Source: Harriotta raleighana
Lineage: Eukaryota
Direction: 5' to 3'
DNA: 64,000 bases
Assembly (NCBI GenBank): GCA_050575255.1
Contig: JBNZDD010013677.1
Coordinates: forward strand, 3,649,707-3,713,706
Below, one piece after another: positions 1 through 14,539 of the stretch; positions within the stretch are counted from its first letter, which is position 1, and the number at the start of each line of letters is the position of its first letter. The position numbers and the translations under genes were made by a program. Below the pieces are notes generated by a model, which saw only the letters and a list, made by a program, of their open reading frames with translations, was not told the DNA's origin and made no database searches.

Positions 1-215
1 CAGATTGCTATTCAAAGTAGAAGGGAGTTTCTCTCTCCCAGTATCCTGGCCAACAATCCCCCAACTAAAAAGTGGATCATGCACTCCATGGCCATTTGTG
101 GGAAATCGCTGTGCGCAAATCAATGGCTGCATTTGTCTTCATATATAGTCACTACCCTTAAAAAGTAATTGCTGTGAAGTTCTTTGAGGGAGGTGCAGGA
201 AGTCCCTTTACACCA

Positions 216-680
216 AAAACAACAAATTAGATTTACACAACACCTTTCATGTCAGGAGGACGTCTCAAGTCGCTGGTAGTCAGGGATCCACACCCGAGCT
301 GGTGGCTGGGATCAAGAGGGGTGGTGGGTGGAAGGGTACAACTGACTCAGTTGAAGTGGAGAGTCTTTAGACAGGCTTGAACAACAACAACAACAAAATT
401 ACACTTGTATAGCGCCTTTCACATCAGGAGGAAGTCCCAAAGCGCTGTTGAAGAATGCAAGGGAGGGGACAAAATGGAGGGACTGTGGGATGGAGTTCCA
501 GAGGGTGCGGGTAGAGTAGTAGAAGGCCCACACCCACACACCCATGGTGAGGTGGGCAAGACTGGGCATGAAGGAGGAGGGAGCCCGCTGAGTGGAGGGA
601 GCGGACTGGTTGGTAGGGTATAGGAAATCACAGAGGTAGGGAGGAGAATGGTTGTTGAGGGCTCTAAAGGTTACAGCACT
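216..680 (-). mobile_element. L2-type LINE 3' fragment with a nested 66-bp tail insertion (382..447)
   Basis: (CAA)n tail and 3' stem-loop on the left; LWD/PPLHS-like remnant; nested unit flanked by TTGAA repeats. Confidence 0.7.
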
Positions 681-773
681 GCTCAGAGACCTGATCCTGT
701 GAGAAATGGGGCTATATTAACACAATATACATTATTGCTGCTGTAGCTACCGTTGAGATTGGGTCTCCGTTGA

Positions 774-1028
<255 letters not shown>

Positions 1029-1171
1029 TAGGTGCCCATTGGGTGAGTGACAACAGATGTGACAGTTGATCCAAAGCAGCTTTAACATCGGGATGAAGAA
1101 CCAAAGGGTTTAGCTGTTTCTCTGGGGGTCGGCATCTTCTTTATTGTTCTAGTGTGAGGTCAGCCAGATTG

Positions 1172-1310
1172 CCTTCATGAGGGTCATGGACCCTAAACGT
1201 TGACTCGCTTTCCTTTCTCCACAGATACTGCCTGACATGCTGAGTGTTCCCAGCCACTTCTGCTTTTGTTTCAGATTATCAGCATCTGCAGTATTTTGCG
1301 GATTTTTTCT
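1172..1310 (+). mobile_element. Penelope-like element terminal-repeat remnant
   Basis: GGGTC-ATG-GACCC-TAAACGTTGAC...CCACAGATACTGCCTGACATGCTGAG...CAGCATCTGCAG resembles the common elasmobranch Penelope end (recalled, not searched). Confidence 0.6.
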
Positions 1311-1929
1311 TGAGTAAATCTGGAGCCCAGCTTCCACCAAGTCTTGAGTGAATATTAAGGGTAAAATTGTGCAATTGGAATATGTGTTTCTTCACCTTTG
1401 GAAGAATAAAGCAGGTGTAGAGATGTATAACTTTACTAAAGATGGCTTGATACCAGCATAGCTGAAGCAATAAGGTAATATCTTACAAACTGAGTGATAT
1501 TTTATTTCTATTAGACTTTTATCGGTTTCACCTACATTTCACTCGTGAAATATTATGTGAAGCTAGTGGTATTACATAGTGTAATTAACAGAGGAAGTCC
1601 TTAGTCATTAAGTCATGTAGCTACCAAACTGCCAGATAGCTTTGTTACCCACATCATCTGTGGTTTTGTTGTAAAAATGAAAATGATTTGTTGCTGGAAT
1701 GGAATTTTAAAACTTGGCAATCTCGTAGCTCCAATCTCATAGAATCATCGAGATTTACAGCTCAGAAACAGATCATTCAGCCCACTGACTGTGCCACAGG
1801 TCTCAGAGCAAGCTGTTTGGTCAATCCCATTGCCCTGCTGCCAGACCCCTTCAAGACTCTAATCTCTCATATTCCTGTCTACTTCCATCTCGAAATATAC
1901 AATGGACTACCTCAACCATCTCAGGAGTT

Positions 1930-3292
1930 CAACAACAACAACAAAACAACATTACATTTATAGAGCACCTTTCAGGTCAGGAGGATATCCTAGGCACTGA
2001 ATAGTCAGATCAGGACCCGAGCAAGGGAGAGGAGCAGGGTAATGGGGAGGGAAAGACTTGGGAAGGTGGCAAGAGGCACGATCGAAGAGGAGGGTCTTAA
2101 GAGCAGCCTTGAAGGAGGCAAGGGAGGAAGGGACTGTGGGATGAAGTTCCAGAGTGTGGGGGCAGAGAGGCTGATAGCCCAACCACCATTGGTCAGGCGG
2201 GTCGGCGGAGGACATGGAGCAGACCAGAGCATGCTGAATGGAGGAGGCAGGAAGGTTCATAGGGAAACAGCGGATCAGAAGGATAGGAGGGGACAAGGCC
2301 GTGAATGCCCTTGAAAATGAGCATGAGGATCTTGAATTTGATCCTCATGGGATGGGGAACCAATGGAGCTGGATGAGTGTGGGAGTGATGTGCTTGTGGA
2401 GCTTGGTACAGGAGAGGACATGAGTTCTGGATGATCTGCGGCTTGTAAAGGGAAGAGCTGGGAAGGCTGATCTGGCGGGAGTTTCCATAGTTGAGCCGTG
2501 ATGTGACAAATGCATGGACGAGGGTTTGGCAGCATGAGGGGTGAAGCAGTGGCGGATAAGCAGTGACAATGTTATGGAGGTAGTGGAAGGAAATGCTTGT
2601 CATGGCATGGATGTGGGGGAAAAAGGACAGTTCAGGATTAAATAAGACACCTTGGTTCCTGACTGCTTTGAGAGATGGAGAGTGCAGCCTTGGATGCTGC
2701 CAGCGCCTGAAATGCTAAGGAGCTGATGCGAGCCAATCAGGAGGGCCTCAGTCTTGCGGATAATCAACTGGAGAAAGTTGTCCCTTGTCCAGGACTCGAT
2801 GTCGGACAGGCAATCAGGACACTGGTAGTTCTGCAGTTGAGGGTGGAAGCAAAGAGATAGAGTTGTGTGTCATCCGCCTACATGTGGAAATTTACCCCAT
2901 GTTTGCGGATGATGTCACTGAGGGGGAGAATGTAGATGGTGAAGGAGAGGGGACCAAGGACGGAGCCCTGAGGAATGCTACACGAGACGGAGGAAAAGCC
3001 ATTGGTGGACACAAAATGGAGACGGTGTGAAAGATAGGATCGGAATCAGTCAAGTACAGAACTTTGAAGGTTGAGGTGGGGAGAGAGGTTGTTTAGAAGG
3101 ATTGAGAGGTCCACGGTATCAAAGGCGACGGATTAGTCGAGGAGGCAGAGGGAGACCTAGTCAGGATACCATTTGTGACCTTGACCAGAGCACTTTCCGT
3201 GCTGTGGGCAGCATGGAAGCCCAATTGGAGGGGCTCGTGGAGGGAGTGGGCTGAGAGGAAAGAGCAAAGCTGGGAGGCAACGACTCTTTCAA
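1930..3292 (-). mobile_element. Decayed L2 LINE, RT C-terminal half and 3' UTR
   Basis: Minus-strand peptides LVHAFVTSRLNYGNS, RIKFKIL, GFHAAHSTESALVKVTN; (CAA)n tail at 1930. Confidence 0.85.
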
Positions 3293-3512
3293 GTTCAACA
3301 TCTCTTCTAAGAAAAAACAATCTCCTTTATCCCTCCTTATATCTATATACTGTAGTAGGTGACTACGTAGTAGGTGACTCCCAGACCAGTGGGAATACCT
3401 ACTCCCTATTTTCCTTACAGATCAAGTCGGAATGGGGAACTAGATGAGTATAAGTGTGGTCAACAGGCAGATCTTAAATTAGTGTAACCCGAAAGGCTTC
3501 CTGATTCCCTAA

Positions 3513-3884
<372 letters not shown>

Positions 3885-3888
3885 TAGT

Positions 3889-4257
3889 GGAGTCCTGTAG
3901 CTCAATGGTTGGACTAGAGCATTTATTTTGGAAGTGAGAGGCCTGGGTTCAATTACCAGCAGGGCGTAACGTTGGGCAAGTTTCCTTATTCCACATTGCC
4001 TAATAATCATTCCCCAGGAAAACCCTTTTGTTAGTTGATGGCTAGTAGCTTTCCAGGGATAATAGTCTCAAGAAAAAAAAGAAAAAATATGGTCACTCAA
4101 TCCACGACTGTTTGTGGGACACTGCTGTGCACAATTGGCTGCCACATTTCGCCCACAAATATGCAGTCAATTCACTTTACAGTCTCTTCCATGAAGCGCT
4201 TTGAGACGTCTAGAAGTTGAGAAATGCACTATATCAAATGCAAGGATTATTATTATT
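3889..4257 (+). mobile_element. tRNA-headed SINE (Deu-like core, L2-like tail)
   Basis: GTCCTGTAGCTCA..GGTTCAATT head, GGGACACTGCTGTGCACAATTGGCTGCC core, ATGCAAGG(ATT)n tail. Confidence 0.85.
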
Positions 4258-4849
4258 CTCAGCTAATATTCCCCTCACACTCTGCTCAAACAGGAATCTG
4301 CATCAACCTCAATCTGTCTCCCATCTTAATTTACTCTCTATGTTTGCATCTCTGAAAGGGTTAAAGCAGAAGAAAATATTCCAAAGAATATTGCAGGCAG
4401 GAACCTAAAAGAAAACCCTGGGTGAAACAGAGACTTCAAATTCTTATTAGTAAAGGACAATGAAAATGAAATCACATTATTTTACAGGAATTTTTTTAAT
4501 ATTGTGATTTCACAGTGATTAACTTGGCTTTTCTGTAGGGGCTTTGTTTGTGTATCGAAGTCTGTGTCTTAATACAATTTTATTTGACTCATCAATCTGA
4601 GTCTGGTGTTTAAGAAGATGCGATTAACTACATTTATTTATTACTCAACCTAATTGCTTCCTGGCAAGTGATAATTTTATAGTTTGATCAAACAAAGGCA
4701 CAATAAATGAGATTTTGTTTCAGAACGCTTTTAAATTGGCACAGTCTAAAAATTAACATGAAAAGCTGACCCCTTTGGTTACTATATTCTGGCATGTCCT
4801 GCAATGCATTCTTTGACACATAAAAGCGAGGTTATGAGAGGGAAGAGAG

Positions 4850-5215
4850 AGGTAAAGAGACCTAACAGAGGTTGTCAAGATCAGGAGGGGATTCGATAGG
4901 GTAATCAGGGCAAAGCTTTCCACTGATGGGTGTGTCAGTGATTTGAGGTCACAGATTTAAAATAGTTTCTAAAAGAAGCAGAGGGGAAGTGAGGATAAAT
5001 TTTTTCATGCAGCGAGTTGTTTGAATCTGGAATGCATTGCCTGAAAAGGTGGAGGCCGATTCAATAGCAACGTTTAAAAGAGAGGACAGGTTTGTGGGGT
5101 TATGGGGAGAGAGTTGGGGAATGGGATTGACTTTGAGTTGCTCTTTTCAAAGAGCCGGCGCAGACTTGATAGGCTGAATGGCCTCCTTTTGTGCTGTAAA
5201 ATTCTATGATTCTAA
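4850..5215 (+). mobile_element. CR1 LINE 3' end
   Basis: RT C-terminal remnant then GGCTGAATGGCCT...ATTCTATGATTCT terminal octamer. Confidence 0.8.
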
Positions 5216-5265
5216 GACAGGGAATATTAAAACTTTATTTTATTAAAATAAACCTTCTCATCCTG

Positions 5266-5683
5266 ATTCAGCTGGTAGCATTCTCGTCTCTTGAGTTGAA
5301 AGGTTATGAGTTCAAGGACATTGAACTCAGAGTCTAGACTGATGTTCAAGTGCTATACTAACCGAAAACACTGCACTGTTGGAGGTGTTGTCCTTTGTAT
5401 GTAATGTTAAACCCAGATCCCGTCTATGCCTGTTCAGGTGGAATTTAAAGACCTTATGGCATATTCTAAAATAAGATGCAAATTCCTTCTGGTGTTGTGG
5501 AAACAATCCTCCAGATATCATTGGTCATTCACTCCATGGCTATTCGTAGCACATTGCTCTATGCAAATAGCCTGCTGCATTTGCCTACTGGGTATTTGTA
5601 GTTAAACACTTCAGTGTAAAATCCTGTGAAGCGCTTTGTCTTGACAACATGGTAAGGCACTGTATCAAATACGAGGATTATTA
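5266..5683 (+). mobile_element. Older Deu-type SINE (SacSINE1-like)
   Basis: GGTAGCATTCTCGTCTC..GTTCAAG head, TTAAACCC..CTGTTCAGGTGGA core, L2-like tail; related copies elsewhere in the window. Confidence 0.7.
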
Positions 5684-5800
5684 TGTTAAGTCCTGTAGCT
5701 TAGTGCTTATACTATTCACCTCACGAGCGAGAGACCTGGGTTTGATTACCAGGAGAGCAAAATATTGGCAAAGTTTCCTTATTCATAATTATTATTCTAA

Positions 5801-6088
<288 letters not shown>

Positions 6089-6965
6089 TGACTGACATGA
6101 CAACATCCGAACCAGCATTTCTGCCACCGTTCATGTTCCTTGGCTTTATAAAGATGCCCTGTGCGAATATGTGTTCCCGATGCTCTGTTCCTAATCCATT
6201 ATTTACCAGGCTTCACATTGTACCCCACTCTGTGTCCCTGCCCAACCCATCCCATTGTCGACAAAGGAGCTAGCAGCCATTTGGCCCCCACTCTCTGGAA
6301 CTCCATCTCAGAGTCCCTTCACCTTGCTTCCTCTCGCCATTTTCCACATGAAGTTACCAGTTTATCACACTTTAGTCCAGTTCCAGCCTGTTGCTCAGGT
6401 GCACAGTCAACAGTTTAAAGAGATTTGAGATGTTGTGACGTGAAAGCTTCTGTACAAATATAAACAATTATCCTACCCATTGACTGCCATTATGTAGAAG
6501 CTTTTCCCCCATGCACTTATTCTGGCATTCCTTTAGATCTTTCGATGAAAAACAGTAGTGCTCACAGTGGAATGTTAGGTCATGGATCACCTCTCCAGGT
6601 CTCCCCTCTCCGTAACTTCCTCCAGTAACCAGTCCTGTTTGGGCTCCCTGCTTTATTACACAAAGGAAAAGAGCTTCACAGGAAGGAATGTCGGGCCCTG
6701 TACCTCAGATTGTTCTGGCTCCGAGTCAGGCATGGTCACCTCTTCATTCTATTGGCCAAGTGGCTGTTGTGAGACCTGGAAAACAACTGTTTGTGATTCA
6801 CTGCTGTGCACAATTGGCTGCCACATTTCGCCCACATACAGTCAATTCATTTTACAGTACATTCTGTGAAGCGCTTTTGGGATGTCAAGAAGACATATCA
6901 AAAAAAATGTAATTATTAGAGGGCGCTATATAAATCAAAGTTGTTGTTGTAAAATAAAAACTTAG

Positions 6966-7283
<318 letters not shown>

Positions 7284-7470
7284 TGAGGATTTGTGTCTGT
7301 GTATGTACATTGGAGCATTCTGAAACAGTAATCAATGAGTTTGGGAGTTCGTCAGGTTCTTAGTCTGTCCATTATTCAATCCCTCCATCCATCATCAATG
7401 AATTCACCCATTCACCTATTGACAAATCAATCTTTGCGGTCACTTCTTATGTAGACCTTTATCCTGTAAA

Positions 7471-7775
7471 GGAGTCCTGTAACTCAGTGGTCACTCACCT
7501 TACAAGCTTGACACCTGGGTTCAATTCTGGGCAGGGGGAAACCTTGGGCAAGTTTCCTGACTCCACAAGCCTCATAATAATCCCTAAAAATAAAACCTAT
7601 AATAAATTGATAATTTCAATCCATGACTATTTGTGGGACACTGCTGTGCACAATTGACTGCCGTGTTTAGCCCGCAAATATACGGTCAATTCACTTTACA
7701 GTATATTCTGTGAAGCACGTTGAAATGCCCGCGTGAAAAACGCTATATCAAATGCAAGGATTATTATTATATTAT
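7471..7775 (+). mobile_element. tRNA-headed SINE
   Basis: Same head, core and tail as 3889..4257. Confidence 0.85.
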
Positions 7776-7920
7776 CACATACAAAGGACTTCAATCAATC
7801 AGTCCGTTCATCCATCAATCCGTCCGCCCATCAATCCATCAATTAATCTGTCTGACTGTCTGTTGATCTGTCGATTTTCAATCCATCGATCAATCAATTT
7901 AAAACGCGAAAAACTGTGGA

Positions 7921-8069
7921 TGGTTGAAATTTGAAATAAAAACAGAAGTCCCTGCCAATGCTTAGCAGGTTAGGTTATAGAGAAAGGAAAATGAGTCAAC
8001 TTTCCTGTCTCCATATATGTTTCCTGATCTTCTGTGTGTTCCCAGCGACCTCTGTTTTTGTTTCAACCA
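7921..8069. repeat. Decayed Penelope-like inverted repeat
   Basis: TGGTTGAAA..AAAAACAGAAGTC is complementary to GACCTCTGTTTTTGTTTCAACCA. Confidence 0.6.
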
Positions 8070-8319
8070 TTCTTTGCATTTTTTATAAAGAACTTTTTAG
8101 CATTGAAACATCTCAAAGAAAGTCAAAATAATGTTACAAATCTGCTGGTAGGCATTTTCCCCGTGAAGTAGGTTTAGCTAATGGGGAATCACAGGTGGCA
8201 GCATGACCCAGCATTGAGTGTGTTCATTCCTGATATTGAGTCTATGTTCCAAAACCCTCGGCTTTGCACGAAAGACAATCCTGGGCTTGAGTTTGTCAGA
8301 TCAGGATCCCTGTTGCTAA

Positions 8320-8466
<147 letters not shown>

Positions 8467-10098
8467 TGACTCAATCAATTCTTGGACAGTTCACAGTTGT
8501 TTTAAGTGAAATTGGTGCTTTTTAAGGGTTTGTCCATCAGGCGAAACATTAAACCCTGGTCCCGTCTGCCTGTTCAGGTGAATATTAATGATTCAATGAC
8601 GTAACATGAGTTTTCCGGGTGTCCTGACCAACATTCCTCCAGATAAAATTGGTCACTCATTCCACAGCTGTTTGTGAGACATCATTAATGTACATTAAAA
8701 CAAATGATACCTACGCCCACAAAGTGCACAGTCACTACACTTTACAGCAGTGGTAGTCAACCTTTTTTGTTAGGCGCTTTGAGATGCTATCCTGTGTGAA
8801 GGGCACTATATAAATGCAAGTTGCAAGTTGTTGCTGAAGTGTTTTGAGACATTCTCTTGTACTGTACCACATGCAAAAACTACTATTATAATTTATTATA
8901 TTTTATGATGCAGAAATGAGTAGGTCTACTAGTAGGTGAAATCAATGGGCTGACTTCATCCAAATCTTTACTGTAACTTTCTGACATCACCAGTAATAAT
9001 TATGCAATTATTATACACTGCAATTCTCCCTTCCCAAAAGATATGTTAATAGAAGGATTTAAATCTCACCTATTGACTTGTCATATGAAGTAAAATTAAT
9101 AATAATACTTGCATTTGATATAGCACTTATCATGTCAAGACTTCTTAAGCACTTCACGCACTATAAAATGATATGGATTCTTGTATTTGTAAACATTTAA
9201 AAATGTATTATTTTTTTCCCATTTTCTCCCCACTGCTCTCTACCGTATTCCCTACAGAGAGTGCCCACGGCTTCCCTGCTCTCAGGGATATTCTCTCCAT
9301 CACCTGCTTGGAGCTGAGTGACTGTATCCAGGAATGATTCATTGCTCCTGTAGGGTAGAGCCTGGCTTTTGTATAATGCTTCAGGCTATCAACAACGACC
9401 TCAAGATCAGAGCTAGACCGACAGTTCACAGCAGCTTGTTGCTGAGCTGAGAACTATGCGCTCTGCACTGTTTTGTTGAATCTGCAGCCTTCAGAGAGAA
9501 AGAGAGCAATGCAATCCTGCCAGGCTGGCCTGCCTTTGACCCTCCATACAATGATGTTATTCAGTTTGGACAACATTGACAACACTCAGCTCCATATTTC
9601 CATATGATTTATTCATTGCACAAACATTTCTGCCTTTGTCCTGCCTAATGGAGAGGAGCTAGAGTGAGTACTGTATAATAGTAGAACCCCTTTACAAGGC
9701 ACATCCATTTCCCCCGCCCCCATCCCATAATTCTTGTCTGTTTAGAAGGTGGGCATACCTTGAAACCTCACCCTAAAGTGACTGTCTTCTGGATTATCAG
9801 GAATCCACCAGCAGCACTTCCTGCACAATGTGCTGTTCGCTGGGAGTTCCTGCGCAGGTTACTGTTTGTGCTGCTCTCAGTTACGACCCATTATAAAGTT
9901 GGCGGGAAATGAACCCTAATAACCACAGAGTTATGACAGGAGTTTACATATGTGGTTACAGCTGTAGGCTTGTTTCTGAAGGTTTTTATAATCTTAACGT
10001 TTTTTAAATAAAATACACAACTCACACTCACATAACAGGGCTGCCTTTATATGATACAAATGTCCTGCCTATAAACAACTTTCAGACTCGTCCTGTGA

Positions 10099-10401
<303 letters not shown>

Positions 10402-11169
10402 TGACACTTGCTTTTGGTCAGCGCACGCCAAAACCCGATCACAGTGCTTAACAACAACAAAATTAGACTTGTATAGCGCCTTTCACATCAGGAGGACATC
10501 CCAAGGCGCTGAGTAAAATAATCCAAGCCCATACCAGGAATGCCATATTCCACCCACTCAACACTCAGTGCAATGTTTCTTCAATGTGAGCGCTGCACAG
10601 ACGTGAGGAGGTCAATTGGATGGCCCATTGGAAATTTCCCCATATCTGGAATGCAACTCACATGCTCTACTCAAGAGGAATACTCACCTTTTGAGAAAAA
10701 GTAATGAGGCAGATTGGAGAGAACTAAGACTTGGGGGCTTAGAGTAACTGAAAAACAATGTTGCTTGATATTGAGAACACTGGCAAGCCTTCCCACTGCT
10801 TGTACAGCTATGACCAACATCAACAAATTACACTTGTAATTGGACCTGTTAATTCAGAAAGTTTGTAGACAAACATCAGCTATTTTGTGCACAAGCAACT
10901 ATAAATTGAGTTTCCAATTATTTTCTGGGGGACTGTTGGTCAGGAGAAGTCTTTTTGAATAGTATCATGGGATCTTTAATGTCCACTTGAACAGGCACAG
11001 AAAGTACCTCGGTTTAACATCTCATCCGAAAGACAGCAACTCCCAAAATATACTGCACTAGAATATCAGCAAAGATTTGTGAGTTCCAAGTACAGCACTT
11101 GGCATAGCTTAGTAATGCTTAGTATAGCTTTAGCCAATTTCATTGACTGATTGTTTGCTCAGTAGGGTT

Positions 11170-11525
11170 CAGGACTTTCAACTTGTGTAGACCAGGCTGT
11201 TGATCTGGTGCAATGCTGGGGGAGCGCTGCATTGTTGGGGGTGCTGTCCTTTGAATGAGATGTTAAACCAAGTCTGTGCCTGTTGAGCTGGAAAATATTT
11301 CCCCCCTCCCCTCTCCCCCCCCACCCCCCCAGTAGCACTATTTGGAAAGAGAAGGTTGTTTCTCCTGGTAACTAAGTAACACATTGGTCATTTGTGTTTG
11401 TTCATAGCTGTGGGCAAATTGTATGTAGCATTTGGCTTAAATATTTGTATGATCAAACTACAATAAATCCTGTGAAGCACTTTGAGATGATCTCCTGACT
11501 TGTATTAACAGTAAGTATTCTTATT
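11170..11525 (+). mobile_element. Older Deu-type SINE, decayed
   Basis: GCTGCATTGTTGG..GATGTTAAACC core and tail. Confidence 0.6.
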
Positions 11526-12344
11526 AATGAAGTCCCTAATAATGTTCAAGTGAAGGGAGTTTCTCCCAATGTCCTGCCCAACAATCCTCCAGCTTATTTT
11601 GAGAATTCCGCTGCGTTTTGGTTTAGTTTGATCCAGGTGTGTTGGAAAGGGCAGGTCTGTGTCACAGCACCATCAGTGTCACAGGTAATTATTTTCTCAT
11701 GATAGTAAGTTTCTGATTGCCTTTGTATGATGTTCAGTTACAACATCAAATCTCTCCTGTCCATTCCTGTCTCTTCCCACTTCACCCACCCTCCCTACTG
11801 TGTTGAAATAATAACACTGTACAATCCTGCTCACCTTGTCATTTTGTGTAATGTCATCTTTTCTTCCCTCTTAATCTCCCCTCAACCCCGCCTCCCCCAT
11901 TTATATTAAGATACCAAGGCACAATTTTATCTCCACTCATATTGCACAATTGTCCTCTGCAGTAGGATTTGAGTTTCTGAACAATTTCTTAATAAATGAG
12001 AACACGTCAGTGCAAACCATAATCCTTTGTGACTGGCTGGTACTTTGGGAGAAGTATTGAGGGTGGCACTCTTTAAATATTTACAATACAACTTGAGGAA
12101 ACATAAAATCATAATTACTTTTATTCAGTGCTGACTCTGCATCAGGCAAAGCCGCTGACCCACAGACTGTAAATATGAGTGAGTGTTCCTGGCGTAGAGC
12201 CCAGGATTTACATTTGTACATAAACCATTGTGACTACTACACTGGCTTTACTCTAGAGATTAGGTTTAACCAGTAAAGTGCCAATACATTAACTGAGACA
12301 TATTTTTATCTTAAATTGTGGTGTGAACCTTCCTCCTCTCCCAG

Positions 12345-14374
12345 CATAAGAACATAAGAATTAGGAGCAGGAGTAGGCCATTCAGCCCTTCGAGCCTGCC
12401 CCGCCATTCAATAAGATCATGGCTAATCTTCTGACCTAACTCTAATTACCTGCCCTATCCCATATCCTCTAATCCCTCTATTTTTAAAAAATCTATCAGT
12501 CTCAGCCTTGAAAATGTTCAAGGGTTGAGCATCTACAGCATTCTGGGGTAGTGGATTCCATAAATTCACTACCCTCTGAGTGAAGAAATGTTTCCTCAAC
12601 TCTGTTCTAAAAGACTGACCCTTAATTTTAAGACTGTGACCCCTGGTTATAGATTCTCCTACCAGGGGAAACAGTCCCTCAGTGTTTACTTTATCCAGCC
12701 CTTTAAGAATCTTGTATGTTTCAATAAGATCCCCCCTAATTCTTCTGTAATATAGAGAATACAGGACTAGTTTATTCAACCTATCCTCATAAGTCAGTCC
12801 CCTCATCCCAGGAATTAACCTTGTGAATCTATGCTGCATCTTCTCTATGTCCTTTTTTAAATAAGGAGACCAAAACTGCACACAATACTCTAGGTGCGGT
12901 CTCACCAAAGCCCTATACAATTGCAGCAAGACTTCCCTATTCTTGTACTCTAAACCTTTTTAAATGAACGCTAGCATGTTGTTTGCCTTCTTAGTTGCTT
13001 GCTGCACCTGCAAACTAACTTTTTGAGACTGGTGTACAAGGACACCCAAATCCCTTTGAATACTGACACTATCTAACCTCCCCCCCTCTAGAAAATAATC
13101 TATTCTTTTATTTTTGCTACCTAGGTGAATAATTTCACACTTCCCAACATTAAATTCCATCTGCCACCTACTTGCCCACTCCCCTAGCCTATCTATATCT
13201 TGTTGCAATCTTTTTGCATCATCCTCAGAGCTCACTGTCCTACCTAATTTAGTGTCATCCATGAATTTAGACACATTACATTCAACGTCCTCGTCCAGAT
13301 CATTGATGCAAATAGTAAATAGCTGAGGCTCAAGCACTGATTCTTGTGGCACTCCACTAGTTACATCCTGGCAATTCGAGAATGACCCATGTTAATATGT
13401 TCCCATTAATCCTGTGAGCCTTAATCTTGAGTAACAGCCTTTTGTGTGGCACCTTATCAAATGCCTTTCCAAAATCCAAATATATTACATCTACTGATTC
13501 CCTCCTATCCAACCTGCTGGATACATCCTAAAAAAGCTCTAAAAGATTAGTCAAGCATGACTTCCCTTTTGTAAAGCCATGTTGACTCTGCCTAATCTTT
13601 TTATGGTTTTCCAGGTATCCCATAATGACGTCTTTAATTAAGAACTCAAGAATTTTCCCTACCACTGACGTCAAACTGACTGGTCTATAGTTTCCCATAT
13701 TTTCTCTCCCACCCTTCTTAAATAGTGGAGTTACGTTTGCAATCTTCCAATCAATACGGACTTTTCCAGTATCCACAGAATTTCAGAAGATTATAGACAA
13801 GACATCCAGTATCTCAGTAGCCATCTCCTTTAAAACTAGGATGCAGGCCATTCGGTCCAGGGGATTTATCGGTTTTAAGACCCGACAATTTACCTAAAAC
13901 CATTTCTTTACTAATATTAAGCTCCCTAAGTTGCTCGCTATCATTGTCTTCTTGGTTCCTCTCTATTTTTGGTATGTTTCCAGTGTCTTCTACAGTGAAG
14001 ACTGTAGAAAAATACTTGTTTAATGATTCTGCCATGTCTTTGTCCCTATTATAATTCCCCCCCCGTCTCTGCCTGTAATGGACCTACATTCACTCTTGAT
14101 AGCCTTTTCCTCTTTATATATTTATAAAAACTCTTGCAGTCTCTTTTTATGTACCTCACTAGTTTACCTTCATATTCTATTTTCTCCCTCTTGATCAATT
14201 TTTTGGTTCTCCTCTGTTGTTCCCTAAAGTTCTCCCAATCCTCGGGTTTACTACTCATCTTGGCTGTTTTATAGGTTTCTTCTTTTGATTTGATACTTTC
14301 CCTAACTGCTCTAGTTAGCCACGGCTGGACCACCTTTCCCATGGCATTCTTATTCCTCAAAGGAATACGTGCTT
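12345..14374 (-). mobile_element. CR1 LINE, 5'-truncated, frameshifted ORF2 (RT)
   Basis: Peptides LYRALVRPHLEYCVQFWSP, KFMDDTKLG (YADD-type motif), NYRPVSLTSVVGKILE, QHGFTKGKSCLTNL; (TTCTTATG)n 3' end at 12345. Confidence 0.95.
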
Positions 14375-14539
14375 GCATACCCATTACAGCAACAAATCTA
14401 CTGGGACAAAGGATAAAATTGGCAGGTTCCAGTGTCGGTGTGCCAGTACACAGTTAGGACAGAACAATTGGCAAGAACACAATGTATATAATTTAGTTGT
14501 GAGGTACAAATGCAGCCCAACTCAATCTAACTCAACCTA

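Noticed and set aside
9672-10055. Possible Tigger-like MITE starting TAGTAGAACCCCTTTAC
   Set aside because: No convincing matching right TIR found.
12423-14384. Reverse-transcriptase ORFs as a functional RT/retron-like system
   Set aside because: Frameshifted, 5'-truncated CR1 with an altered catalytic-motif context.
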